DNA from: Marsupella aquatica
Taxonomy: Eukaryota; Plantae; Marchantiophyta
Length of the DNA stretch: 64,000 nt
Direction: 5' to 3'
Assembly: GCA_973895155.1 (NCBI GenBank)
Contig: OZ316891.1
Coordinates: 12,708,771 to 12,772,770 of the forward strand
The notes under the pieces are model-generated. The model did not search any database. It was not told the origin of the DNA and worked only from the letters and a program-made list of their open reading frames with translations. Numbering within the stretch: position 1 is the stretch's first letter; each line of letters opens with the position of its first letter. Below are positions 36,926 through 50,000 of this stretch, piece after piece. Both the position numbers and the translations under genes were made by a program.

Positions 36926-38064
36926 CGTGAGGTACAGTGAGTTACATGCAGAGTACTTTGGTCGTACCGGGTGTAGGATGAACGTGCCGTTTGTAAGGAG
37001 AGTACTGTGACACAGCCCTAGCAGGCAACACGCGAGAAAAAACCAATAAATTAATAGTCTGGCGCACATCCGGCTCACTCGAGGTTCGTCTGCAGGCAGG
37101 CCCTCCCGCCTAGAAGTTTTAACGGCCACCGACTCATTTCGAACCGGCGGGCAGTAATTCGGAGGTTTTCTTTCGGTACTGTCTTGCGCAGAGAGACGAT
37201 ATGGTTTTTTGAATCGAAAGACACGGATTATACGGTAGAGCAGCGTGTTATGAGCCGTCGTGGACAAGAAAAACAGCAGCAGAGCGCGTCCCGGCGAATC
37301 GGCGGAGGCGAGCCGGGCCCACGACTTCGGCACTGTGACGATAGAAAATCACTCGTCGGGAAGTTCAATTCCACTCCGTATTCGGGCCGTCTTCTCCCGC
37401 CTGTTTCTGTACATCTGCCGTGAAGACGCAAGTGGCTGCTCTCGTCAGTGCTTTTCACTACAGAGTCACGAGTAGCTGTGTTTCGTCGTAATCGTGGCCT
37501 CAGCCCTCGGAACTCTCTTCGGTGTCGTTGAGTCGAGGGAAGACTGTTCGTTGCCTGATCGGAGCTTCGTTCGTCAATTTCGTTTTCGACGCGTTCTCTT
37601 CGCGCCCGTCTTCAGCTTCAGGAGTCGGCGATTCGCGGTTGGCGACGTGTTTGAATGGTTGTGCTGTGTGATTCCTTCGTCTTGCAGGGTGTTTACATTG
37701 CACGACGATAAGGTAGCCAAAGGTTGTGCGGCATTGCAGGAACGGGAATTTGTGGAATTTTTGGAAGTTCTGGATTTTAAAAGGACTGTACTTTTCGGAA
37801 GAACCGGAGGAGAGGAGAGGAGAGTTTGTCTACAGAGCGGAGGAGAGTCTTGGGTCTTGAACAAGAGTCTCTTGTTGGTTAAGGATCGTTGTGTTCGGTA
37901 GAAGGTTATGCCAGACTTTGCGAAGTTTTCGTACTCATCTGAGGGCTTCCTCTGCGCTTGGCGTCCGACCCACGTGAAAGGAAGTTTGTCAACTCTTTTG
38001 GGAATCTAGTCGGTCAGATCACAAGTTCAGGTTGATTATGCATTGAAAGACACCGGAAGTGAAA

Positions 38065-41000
38065 ATGAGGCGGCGGGGTGAAAGGGACAAGGTCCGTGCC
38101 ATCGACAACTGGGAGCATTTGGTGCGGAAGGCTTTGAGGTCACGGGAATTGAAAGCCGGTTCTCGAATAGCAGGAGGGCCCGATGAGTTGGGAGGAGTTG
38201 TACCCCCCTCGCTGGGGCAGGCATCCAACATCAATATGATACTACAAGCAGCTGAAGAGATTCAACCCGATGATCCGCAAGTCGCTCGCATTTGTATGTC
38301 TTCTTGGGCCCTCCTTTCACGGCTCATCCACGTACTGTATGTCATTTGCATAATGTTTCTCAGATTCAAATCTAAGCATTGTTTCCAGATTCATTTCATT
38401 GTCCCACTTTTTGACTACCTTCTGCATACGAACGGCTAGCGGATACATTCCCACTTTCCGTTGCACTGCTCCTGATCGTTTGTCCATTTAAAATCTCGAA
38501 GACGGCGACTTTCCATCGGGACTTGTTGTCCCCTTGTTGTTTCGGAAATGGACGATACATGAGTTTTCCTGACATGTGTTCTTCATATCACGAGGTTGGC
38601 GCTTTGCTAGTGGGGCCTTTCACACAGCTGTTAGCACGGGCTTCGCATTTTTAGATGGAAACATGCTTAGCATCAACCGGAGGCCCGGGATTCTTGAATT
38701 GTTGACCTCCATATATCGGATCAACTTGTACCATTGATGTTTTAGCTACGTTTTCATCATGCAGTGCATCCATTTGGGTATGTTGGTTAAGGTCACAAAA
38801 TCTGGTCTGACAACGTTTGTTCAGTGCCCTCCACGAACTCCGATTTTCACAATAATGTCGCGAAGTGTTCTTCTGTTATTTTCTTGGAGGGCTAATTGCT
38901 ATTCCGGTTCTGCCTTATCCATTTTAGAAATGATCTGCGACAGTTCCCCATCCGAAGCTGAAATTACGAATATTTGTGCCTGGTTTTTTTTTCAATCTGG
39001 AATCGAGAAATGCCGAATTTGGTACTGTTTCAAAAAATTGAATTGATCTCTTGCATCTTCTGGTATGTGCCAAAACCAACAAACGCGGAAGGATGTTCAA
39101 TCTATACTTCCCGATCGACCTCATTCCCCGTATGCGAATTAACTGTGATGGAATCGCTACTGAGCTCGATTGGTTTCTTTCAAAAACGGTAGTTGCTAGT
39201 TCCCTCGTTTTGATGCAATCTAGAAGCAGTTGGCGAGATGAATGCCACTGGGATCGTCTACGGAGTTTCTTTGCGAAACATCTTGATCTGTTTGATGCTC
39301 AGTGCGGAGGACATTGTTCTGCCCCGGAGCGTCTCCCTCTCCCTGGTGGATTTGATGCAAATCACGTCTGTTTGTTGAATCGACAAGTGTCTCGTACATG
39401 ATAATATATGTTTTAATTGTAGTTTGCACATCAATTTAGGACTGCTCTGAGAAGTTTACACAGTCAATGCGTTGCTCACTCCATCGTAATTACACCTGTT
39501 GAATAGCCTTGAGCTATTCAATAGGTCTTGACAGTGTCACGTGTATCGGTTTTGTACCCATCAGAGTTTCCTTACAGTACATCCTTTGGGTGTTTTCTTT
39601 TGTGCAGTATGCGAGTATGCCTATTCTATGGCTCATACTCTGGATCCTCAGAGTGAAGGAAGAGGCGTCTTACAGTTTAAGACCGGACTGATGTCTGTGA
39701 TCAGAGTATGTCCTCTTCCCCTTCCCTTCATTTTTGAGATTCTATTAAAGCACTGAATCCGATTTGGGTTTATGTGCAATAAGTGGTAGGTGCGGTTCGC
39801 TCCTTGCTTACACCACCTGTGGTACGCTCATTTTCACGGTTTGTTAATCTGGTCATCCTGCTTGGGTCTTTTCCGGTAGATGTAATCAGCATACCGTAAT
39901 AGACTCCTTATGAATCTTCATAGCTATAGTAGGTGACTTCATTAGTCGAATACACATTATGTTCACTCATATGATGGGTTGTCCCACTTATTTAATTGTG
40001 TGCAGCAAAAACAATCCAAGAGGGAAGGAGAAAGAATTGATAGGACTCACGACATTCAGCTCATCCAAGAATTCTATGAGCGCTACCGAGCTAAGCATCA
40101 GATTGATGAACTTGAGAGGCTGCAAAGGGACCCAAACTTCGAAGGCGATCCTGGCGAGTATGTTATTCTAGCCTGTGTCCATCGAACGACTTGTCTCGGC
40201 TGTTATCCTTTGAGTCCAAAATCTTTTGGTGCCCGGGATTGGGGAAAACTGTCTCGATGGTATTCGTCTTTATATGTAGAAAATCATCGTCCATGTGGGC
40301 TTCAAGAAACTTGTTGTACCCATTGTTGTGGGTTGGCGGACTATCGACTGTCTTCAATTGAGTTTGACAATTTTAGGGGAACGAAGCTGACAATGCACCT
40401 TTGATCAGACTTGAATGGAGAACTCAAAAATTGAAGATGGTTTACCAGACTTCACGGGTCCTTAATGACGTCCTCAATGCCCTAACAAGAGATGCAACTC
40501 CGGAAGAGAGAGAGAAGCTGATTCAGAAGGAGGTTTGTTGATTTGTGTTACGTGGTTTCAATGTTTGTAGTAGATGGAAAACCTGTTTTAAGGTTGTCTT
40601 TTCTACTTGTGCAGCCCTGCAGAAACAACTGATGACATTAGAACAGGCCTGATTTGTGACGATGGTGGTATGTTGACAGTGGAAAGACAGGATGGAGATG
40701 GATGCTAATAAAACCTTGGATTTCAAAGCGTACAATATCTTGCCCTTGGAGACACCGGGAGTGGCAGACGCAATCATGTTATTTGAGGAGGTTTGTTTCC
40801 AATTCGGCATTCATGTTGAATGGGGGTTTTAGTTCTTGGGTGACGGTCAGGCGCTTCAGAGTCGAAGAGTCGTCACACGTGGCTTTAGTTAACAAGGGTA
40901 GCTTGTCTTACTCTTTGCATTTTGTTTCTGCAGGTCGAAGCTGCAGCATCGTCTTTAAAGCACACAGAAGATTTACCCCAGTTCCCAGATGATTATCGCC

Positions 41001-44000
41001 ATCCACAGCAAAGACCTGTGGACATTTTTGACCTTCTAGAGTACATCTTTGGATTTCAAGTGAGTCTTCTGCTGTCTGATATTGTAAGAGTTCGTTGAGT
41101 ATAGCTAGAAATTCAGTCCTATGGATGGCAGGCCTCTTAGTTACTGCGAAGCTGTCAGTTACTATCATATCTTCTGAGCATCCAATGAATGTGGCATCTG
41201 TTTGCGAATGTCCCATTGTTCGAAAACTCAAGCAGCTTGTCCGACGCTTGGACTGACGACTCTATCTTGTCTTGAATGACCAGGATGGTAATGTGAACAA
41301 TCAAAGGGAAAATCTTGTTCTTCTGTTGTCCAACTCGCAATCACTCCTGGGCCTCCCTATTAGCAGTTTGGTACGTTACATCCGTGGCTTTGGTTCCAAA
41401 CATATTGAGAGTGAAGTAAATGTGGAATATTTTCTGCGATTGATGGGAGCGTGCTTCTGATTGTACACTCTTGAAGTTAGTTAGGCATTATGAGTTTTGA
41501 ACTGGGGTTTGTGGAGTTTGCACCGACGTCAAAACTCTAAGGCCAAATTGCTGAACCGTTCGTAGGGGGCAATGAGGGTTGTTAGCTGGCTTAGGGTTAA
41601 GGTGTATGTGGTCTTCAGTTGACCATCGGTTTGTACAGTCTACCCATTGTTGAGTACAACAACAAGGAAGGTCTCTGAAGCTTCCACTTCGATTTTGTAG
41701 GTGGATGAAGATGCCGTCAATCGATGCTTTGACCGACTTCTAGACAACTACATCAAGTGGTGTGAATACTTGAGAATACCTTCAATGACACTCAGGTTTT
41801 TGTGCATAACCATCTGGCAACGATCAGTAGTCCCTTGAGCTAGTCAATGAGCTCTTACTTGAAGTACAACGGCTAGGACTAGAAATGAGCGCCGAGGGTG
41901 TTGTCAGTTTTCTTACGGCTGATTCTGCTCTGAATTTCAAGTTGGTCGAAACTGTGTGCGTGGATATGCAGCTCGTGTATTTACATAGCTGTAATCTCAA
42001 TTCCGTTCACTACTGACAAATTGTGGCTGACCAGGGCTAACACATCGCAACTGAAGCTGTTTTTGATGGCTATGTATTTGCTTATCTGGGGGGAAGCTGC
42101 GAACTTGCGGTTTCTGCCTGAATGCCTTTGCTATATATTTCACCAGGTTCGTATTCGACTGTCCCACTCTCAAATATTAGTATGCCTGATGGTGGCTCTG
42201 CCCACCGAAATAGACCAGGGATACTATCTCCTAATTTTAGATACATTAGGTGATAACTTTAGCGTTCAATTCATGCGATTGAGCTGGTAATGCAGTCTGT
42301 GTGGCCAAGGCCCATGTGTTGGTTGTTTGCTCTATACAGTTGCGCGTTGGCTGTTTTGGATGCTCCTTTTGGGTACTGAGGTTGATTGATGACGTGTTGG
42401 ATGCAGATGGTAGATGAATTGTACGTCTTGCTTGCCCTGAGGGATGTACAGCGATCAAAAATCTGGAGAACACCTCAAGAAGGGAAGCAATATTCATATC
42501 TGGAAGAAGTTGTTACTCCTATTTACCAGACGCTTTTAGCTGTAAGTTTACAGCCTTTCCAATCCCCTTGTTTCCGCATTTCTGCACTTCTTTTGTGTTA
42601 TTACTCAAGATCCGATTCACATTTCATCAAGCTCTAGATAGACCAGACCTTGAGAATGATCGAATCCTAAGTTTTGGAAAAGACAACCGAGTCACGTTCG
42701 TTGGGGATTTACCTAATGTAGCTGCAACACTTCTCCTCTGGAACCTTCAGTAAATGTCTGAGTCCAAGCATCTCCCGTCTCAATCTGTTGAAATTGCTGG
42801 CTAGAGTAACCGTGCACGCTGGTAAGCTTAATGTGTTGTTGTTAGACATACACACCATATTCTTGTCCTTGCCAAACATGGGATGTGTCAATTTTTCATG
42901 GATCGGTAGCTACAATTAATTTTGCCACAAGAAGCTGAGACGTTGACCGTTACTTTTCAGGAGGCCAAAAACAACAATGGAGGAAAATCGTCACATGCAG
43001 CTTGGAGGAACTATGATGATTTCAACGAGTTTTTCTGGTAATAGCGTGAACACTATAGGATTTCACAAGTTTTTGTGCTACGAGCATGAACATCTCTTGG
43101 GTTCGACTCTGAGTATGCTGTGTCTCACTGAGTCTGAATCATAAGTACGTTCCCCACAGGATGTAGTGAAACGCCTTTTCAATCTAATGTTGTTTGAAAC
43201 ACTGTTTTTGTGACACGCAGGTCACCTCGATGTTTTGTGCTGGAATGGCCTTGGCGCCGAGATGCAGGTTTTTTGATGAAGCCCAGGAAAAAGGGTGTGG
43301 CACCTGTAGATGTAAGTTGTACTGATCATCAACTTCTATCTGTTCATCAAGCTTGTAAGGACTGTTTTGTCTGTTGTCTTGCTGTTCTTGAGGTTGTCAC
43401 AAGGACTGATGCAAGTTAGCTTGCCAAATTCAGGATCGTACCGACATAACATAAAACCAGCTTACCCTCACTTTCATATGGACTAGTCCCTACAGTAGAC
43501 AGTGTTGTCCTAACCGAAATGTAGATAATAGATGTCAGGAGGGCCTTTGAAAGAATCTAGGTACTGAGGAGACGTATAGTGCTTCCTGATTAGTTTATCT
43601 AAAGCAGTGGCTGTCGCCCAGGATGGGAAAGTTGAAGCTCTAGCGGCGGGCCGTAAGAAAGAGAAAAGAGTCGGAAAAATGACATTTGTTGAGCATCGGA
43701 CAGCCCTTCATGTGTATCACAGTTTTCATCGGCTGTGGATCTTCTTCACAGTTATGCTCCAGGTGGGTAATGTTTTGAGTCATATTCGAGTTGAGTAATA
43801 AAGTGAAACTTTGTTATATTCTGCTGAATTAAATGCTGCGCAGGGTGTTGTTATATCCAATTCATGGATGATATACAAGGTCAGGATCGAGTGAACTGGT
43901 AGCCAAAGATGTGCGGGATTGCTTAAAATTATGTTAGTTGTAGCTGTGGCCGTTATGACAGGCTTATACTGAGATCGTTTTTTAATAATTTTTTATTTGA

Positions 44001-47000
44001 CCCAGGCAATGATGGTAGTGGCCTTTTGTAACGAGAAAATTAATTCTCGGACTTTCAAAAAGGCGCTCAGTGTTGGTCCAACTTATTTGGTAATGAAGAC
44101 TATTCAGTGTAAGGTGCCTGGACACTTGCTGTTTCTATGGTTGCTGCTTGTGACTGACTAAGGTGCCAATTATTACCATACAATAACCTTTCACATAGGA
44201 AAGTAAATTCAGACTTGAGGATACTAAGTGCTGTGTAGAGTCTCCGAAGAATTCTTTTACATTCATTGGTGGTGAGTAATACAGCAATCCTTACCAGGAT
44301 GGGTCTATCGCAGTCATCAGTTATCCATTGATTCGAGCCTCTCCATTGATTCGAGCCTCTACCACCATGAAAGTAGTTTGGGAGCGGCATAATTTAGTCT
44401 GGAAGGGTAACAAGTACCTGATTAAACACTTCGGAGTCGAGGAGTAACGAAACTCTTTGCATGTATTTTGTGCAGCACTACTTGATCTGCTTTTCATCTA
44501 CGGTGCTTATGCTGCAACACAAGGCTGGACATTTTCGAGAATCTTTGTTCGGCTTATTTTTTATGGTGGCTTAGGTGCTGGGATGACTTTTATTTACGTG
44601 TGAGTTACCACGTTCTGACCTTTTGCGATGAATATTCTAGATCCGTAGAAACGGCGATCATGGTAGAGGTGCTTGTTTTTTCCCAGGAGATTCAGGAGAG
44701 TTCTTCAAGTTCAGATGGCTCTTAAGGAGAGAACATTAGAACTTTCCAACGGGCTAGGAATCGTATATATTTACCCCAGAGGAGAGTGATTCCTTAGGAT
44801 GGGCAACAGAGCCACTTGTGAAGCTATTGTTGCTGCTGTGTTCACATTAACGTCGTTTTCGATAGCCTCTTAATTAAAGAGTGCATTTATCTTTCTTCGC
44901 TTTTTGTGTCCTTGCGAGGACTTTCAATATAGTTTTCATAATGATTCCGACGACAGGTGTTGCAAGTTGCATTTAACGTTGATGCCTCCATCTGTCCGAT
45001 GTTCAGGAAAATGATACTGGAAGACAGTGCTGGGTCGGGGACAACATGGTACAACTTGTATCTCATTGTTTTAGGATCTTATGTGGGTTTCCAACTTCTT
45101 GTAACTGCGCTGTTTCGTATCCCGATATTCCGGCGGCAAGCTGATAAATGCACCAATTGGAGCATTATCCGCTTCATATTTTGGCTTCATCAGGTTAGAC
45201 ACGAATTCATGTGGAGCTCGATTTTCCTTAATGCGTTCATTGGCTGTGCTCCTTGTGTACGTAGTTTGCAAATATTTGAACGGGTTTGGAAAGACACTGG
45301 GAGGTAGGATGCTTTTTAAGTGGACCTTGGGTGATTTGTTAAATTCTGATGACAGCAATAGCTCTTTGCTGATCTATAATTTCAATAACAGGATCGCTAC
45401 TTTGTTGGACGAGGACTGTATGAGAGAACTCGAGACTATTTTCAGTAAGTATTATCATCTGTGACATCTGGCAGCGTTTTATTTTGATTTGTCAAAAAAA
45501 GTAGTTGGAACTTTGAAGTGATAAATAGTACTGTAATTGGAACTTCGTTTTGAGCTGATATCATATGATTTGTAGTGTGGGAGTGGGGACCTGTGTAGGG
45601 TTTGCTAAGAAAGCTCAACTTGTGTTTCTTTGCAGGTACACAGCATTTTGGGTGTTTGTTTTGGCATGCAAGTTTGCGTTCAGCTATTACTTCCAGGTTG
45701 GTGGCATACATGTTTTGATCAGCGTTCTGTTCATCAGCTGTACCAGAAGATAATAGATGAAATTGGGAGTTTGAGTTGTGGTAGGTGATGGTATAACCTT
45801 AAGCGTTTTGGGAAGAAAAAATCTACAAGGGATGTGGATGTGTCGTTATATGAGACGGTATGGTTGGGTGTCCTTGGAAATCTTATTCATATAGATAGCC
45901 CAAGTCTCGTTCTCTTGTAGACTATTAAAGCAAAGTATATCGCCATGAATATTTCAGGAGTCCTGTGCATGGAGTCATTGATAGCAGTATGTCTTACAGT
46001 CTGGAACAGCTCTTACCTTATGAGGTGTCCTGGATGGATGCTTTTACTGGAAGTTTAAGCTTTGTATGAACTCCCTGCAGTTCAATTCTGAGTCATGGTT
46101 CATTGTTTCTTGGGGTTTGCAGATCAGATCGCTAGTTTCACCAACCAAGACTATTGTAAATCTTGGATCTAATCAGTTACTATATAAATGGCATGACCTC
46201 GTCTCTCGTAGTAAGTACTGACCTTGATATAGATATGAAGCGAATGATTGAAATGTCTTCAAGTACCGTGGCTCGCTGGGGTGCGATGGAAGAAAACAGT
46301 GTTACCTTCAGAGTGTAGTTGTCTAATATTTTAGAATTTGTATTGGTTTTCGGTTGGAAGCCATGTTTCTTCCATATTGGAAAGGTTGAGTTGTCTTTGA
46401 CTGATTAATTGTAGAGATTTTAAGAGGCCTTTGTTCCCTTCTGGCCATTCTTTCGACATTGGTACTAAGAATGTAAAGCTTTGATGCGGTGAAATGTCAG
46501 GACATCATAATGCTCTTACAATCGCTTCTCTTTGGGCCCCTGTGATAATGGTATAATAAATCACTATTATCACTTTTAACTTGAGTTTCTTCATTTACAT
46601 GTGTAGCACTGTTTTTACTCTCATGGATTCAATTTAAATTTGATTGTTCGATCCTCCACTGCCAATGTTGTGCTCCGTCTAGTATTGGGAGTGATGTAAT
46701 GTTGTGGGATGTTCTGACAGATCTATTATCTTGATACACAAGTTTGGTATACTGTTGTATCTGCCCTTGTTGGAGGGCTGTCCGGTGCAAGAGCACGCCT
46801 CGGGGAGGTATGATTTGAAAATGTACTTGCATTTGTAAATGTTCATAGCCGATAACACTCTGGCCTTTGGTTTGAATTGATTATTATCGTACATGTTTGA
46901 ATAGATCTGTGTTTTTGTGTTTATTGTCCTATAGATTCGAACCCTGAGCATGCTCCGGAAGCGTTTCTCAACCTTCCCAGCAGAAATGAGCCGAACTTTG

Positions 47001-50000
47001 GTTCCCTCTCGGGCTGAAACTCGCCCCCAGCTGTAAGTCTATGAAAGCACATGTTTTGTAGTTGAGATTATTCTATCAAGGGCCAGGTTTAAGCTTGACA
47101 ACCTCGAGTATGCTGATGCTGTTACTGCGTCTGGCTCCGCTTGTCATATTACATCTTAGAGCGTAGAGCTATCCTATCAGTTTCTGAGGATTGAAATATT
47201 GTAATGTACTATCAACAGGGGCAGATCGCAGTCTGCAGCTAGTGGGCAGGTATGTGGTTACAGGCTTTCCGTCATCTCCTTTCGATATGTTATTCCACTT
47301 TTTTTATGAGGGTTTTACTTTATCATTTACCTTGAGTTTCGCATGGAGGTGTATGCTGAGGAAAAATGGGGAAGACCACCCTCAAACACAACGTATCGTA
47401 GCAGTCTCAATTGCGCGGTCTCACATTATCTCTCAACACTGATTTTTGGTGCTGTGTAGGCTGGTTGGCCAAAAGGTAAAGTCGAAGCTTTCAAATTTGC
47501 TCCTCTGTGGAACGAGATCATCACCTCTTTACGAGAAGAAGATTATATCAGCAACAGGCCTGTGCTCTACTCCCCGTCATCAGCTTTTTCGCATTTGCTG
47601 GCCTAATTTGAGTCTTTCAATATGATCGACATCTAGTTTATTCATAGCAATGTCGCTGTAATTTCAGGGAAAAGGAACTTCTCATCATGCCTAGCAATGT
47701 GGAGAGTTCTACGAGCATGGTTCAGTGGCCCCTTTTCCTACTTGCAAACAAGGTATGCTCTCTATAATACATCCTGGTAGATTCTGGGTCTGGAGTTTGT
47801 TTACTGCACCCTCATGGTGAGCACCGTTTCTGAGAGCCGAATGTGCCTTTGTTGTTCAGGTTTACATGGCGGTTGAAATGGCCCAGGACAACAAGAGTAT
47901 AAACCAAATTCAGCTGTGGGAAAGAATTGAGAAGGACGAGTATATGGCTTATGCAGTTGCAGAAGCATATCATGCATTGGAGGCTGTTCTGAAGAATTTG
48001 GTCAATGATGAAGCAAAGACCTGGTGGGCCGTCAGCAAGGCTATTTGTGATTCAGACTTGTTGCAGAGCCTGAATTTATGTTTTGGATGGCTATGTACGT
48101 CTGGAACTCTCACTTGAGTTCGACTAGGCAACACCAAAAGACCTAAAATAAGCATGGAGAACTGATCTAGTTAGCATTATTGTGTATCCTGATACAGGGT
48201 CAGAAGCGTCTTTGGGGATGTGGAAGGTGCTATTCAAGAAAGTATGCTCGTTGGGCACTTTCATCTTAGACAGGTCAACCTTGTCCTGTTAGGAGTCCAA
48301 GCCTTGAGCGGGATTCTGGTACATAGCGCAACCTTGTACCCTTTCCAATAGCGGACTCAGAAATCAGGCGTCCTTTCTTGGTAGTTTTCAGAGTTCTTGT
48401 GTGCATATGGGATTTTTGATCAGTTTTTTGGATGCTGAAGCTAACAATTGGTCTCACACCCGTCATAGATATATCCTGAAGATGAGAACCGTAAAAGAGC
48501 TGCTGTGAAGGCAATGCAAGATCTCTATGAGATAGTAATGCATGACTTCCTTTCAGTGGAGCTTAGGTAACTGTGAACGCCCTCTTTGTCATCTACACAT
48601 ATTGTTCTGTCGTTTGCAAATGTGGCCTACTACAGGGATTGAATGTGTACGCCATGTGATGTGTAGACCATGTGGACCTGATCTGTTCTCTCAGTTGGTT
48701 TGGTTTATTTCCAGTTCCTACCCGATGAGCGTCAGATTTCTTACGACATATTTGGTTCGTTTCGTTAATCAGGGAGAAATTTGAAAGTTGGACACTGCTA
48801 GCTCAAGCGAAAAATGACGGACGACTCTTTGCCAGTTTAAACTGGCCAACGTCTCTAGAAGAGGTTTGCTCGTGGTTCCTGGTGGAGTGATAATCCTAAG
48901 GATATTTGGCCAAGTTATGATGTTTTGATCAGTCCAGTCTGACGATTTTATTTCTCGAGGGTAGTCGATTTTTTAATGGACGTAGGTTGGTATTAATAAA
49001 CGCCGTCTTAATCACAAATGCTGTTTTTCCTGCGTGAGTCAATACTCGTTTCTCGATTGGATTTTGTTTTGTTGAACTGAAGACTATTATGATATAATCT
49101 GACCTTGATTTGATGACCCATAAACTTAACAAGAACTGGTGTCTCCCGAAGTCACTCTTGTGCATTCAGGTTTCTTTGCCTGAGAAGCTCTTGTTTGTCT
49201 GTTTCATCCAGAAAGAAGCGGTGAGAAGGTTAAACCTACTGCTTACAATCAAAGAGTCTTCAGCAAACATTCCACATAATCTGGAGGCAAGACGTCGGTT
49301 GGAGTACTTCACTAATTCCTTGTTTATGCACATGCCGGTCGCACCACCCGTTCGGAAAATGCTGTCTTTCAGGTGAGAGTCCCTTCCGTGACCTGTTCTG
49401 GAGATCTTTAATCCTGTAGCACGATGAATTAGCAGAAACAAAAACTTTTGCTGTGTTACCAGGTTTTTCCTGCGTCTGTTAATTTTAGTTTGATGTGGGA
49501 TGCAGTGTGTTCACCCCCTACTACGAGGAAGATGTGATGTACGGTAAGGAAAAGTTGGTCGAAAAAAACGAGGATGGTATTTCCATCTTGTTTTATCTTC
49601 AGAAGATTTTTCCAGGTAAGATCTTATTACATTGTGACCCTTGCCTGTATAATATGTGAAATAAAAATTGCTCTCCATGTTTAGTTCTGAATGCCTAAAG
49701 GTTATGACCTGTTTTTGGGTATGCTGCCCCATATTAGCAGATAATTCCCGACAATTTCCTGTATCTCTCATTCTCTTACTATTGTGCTGGTCGAATGTGG
49801 GATTTGCAGACGAATGGAAAAACTTGTTAGAAAGGGTAGGACTGACAGGGATGGAAATGGCGAGACAGCTGAAAAATGAAAAGCTGGATGTGATGGAGTT
49901 GCGCTTGTGGGCGTCTTTTCGTGGTCAAACACTTGCTCGAACAGGTACAAGATCTGATTAGATGCTCGCCCGCTGGTAGGATCTAATGTGGAGCACTGCT

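Noticed and set aside
36719-37901. ORFs of 204 and 135 aa upstream of CALS
   Set aside because: Arise from GC-rich promoter/UTR and tandem repeats; no domain similarity.
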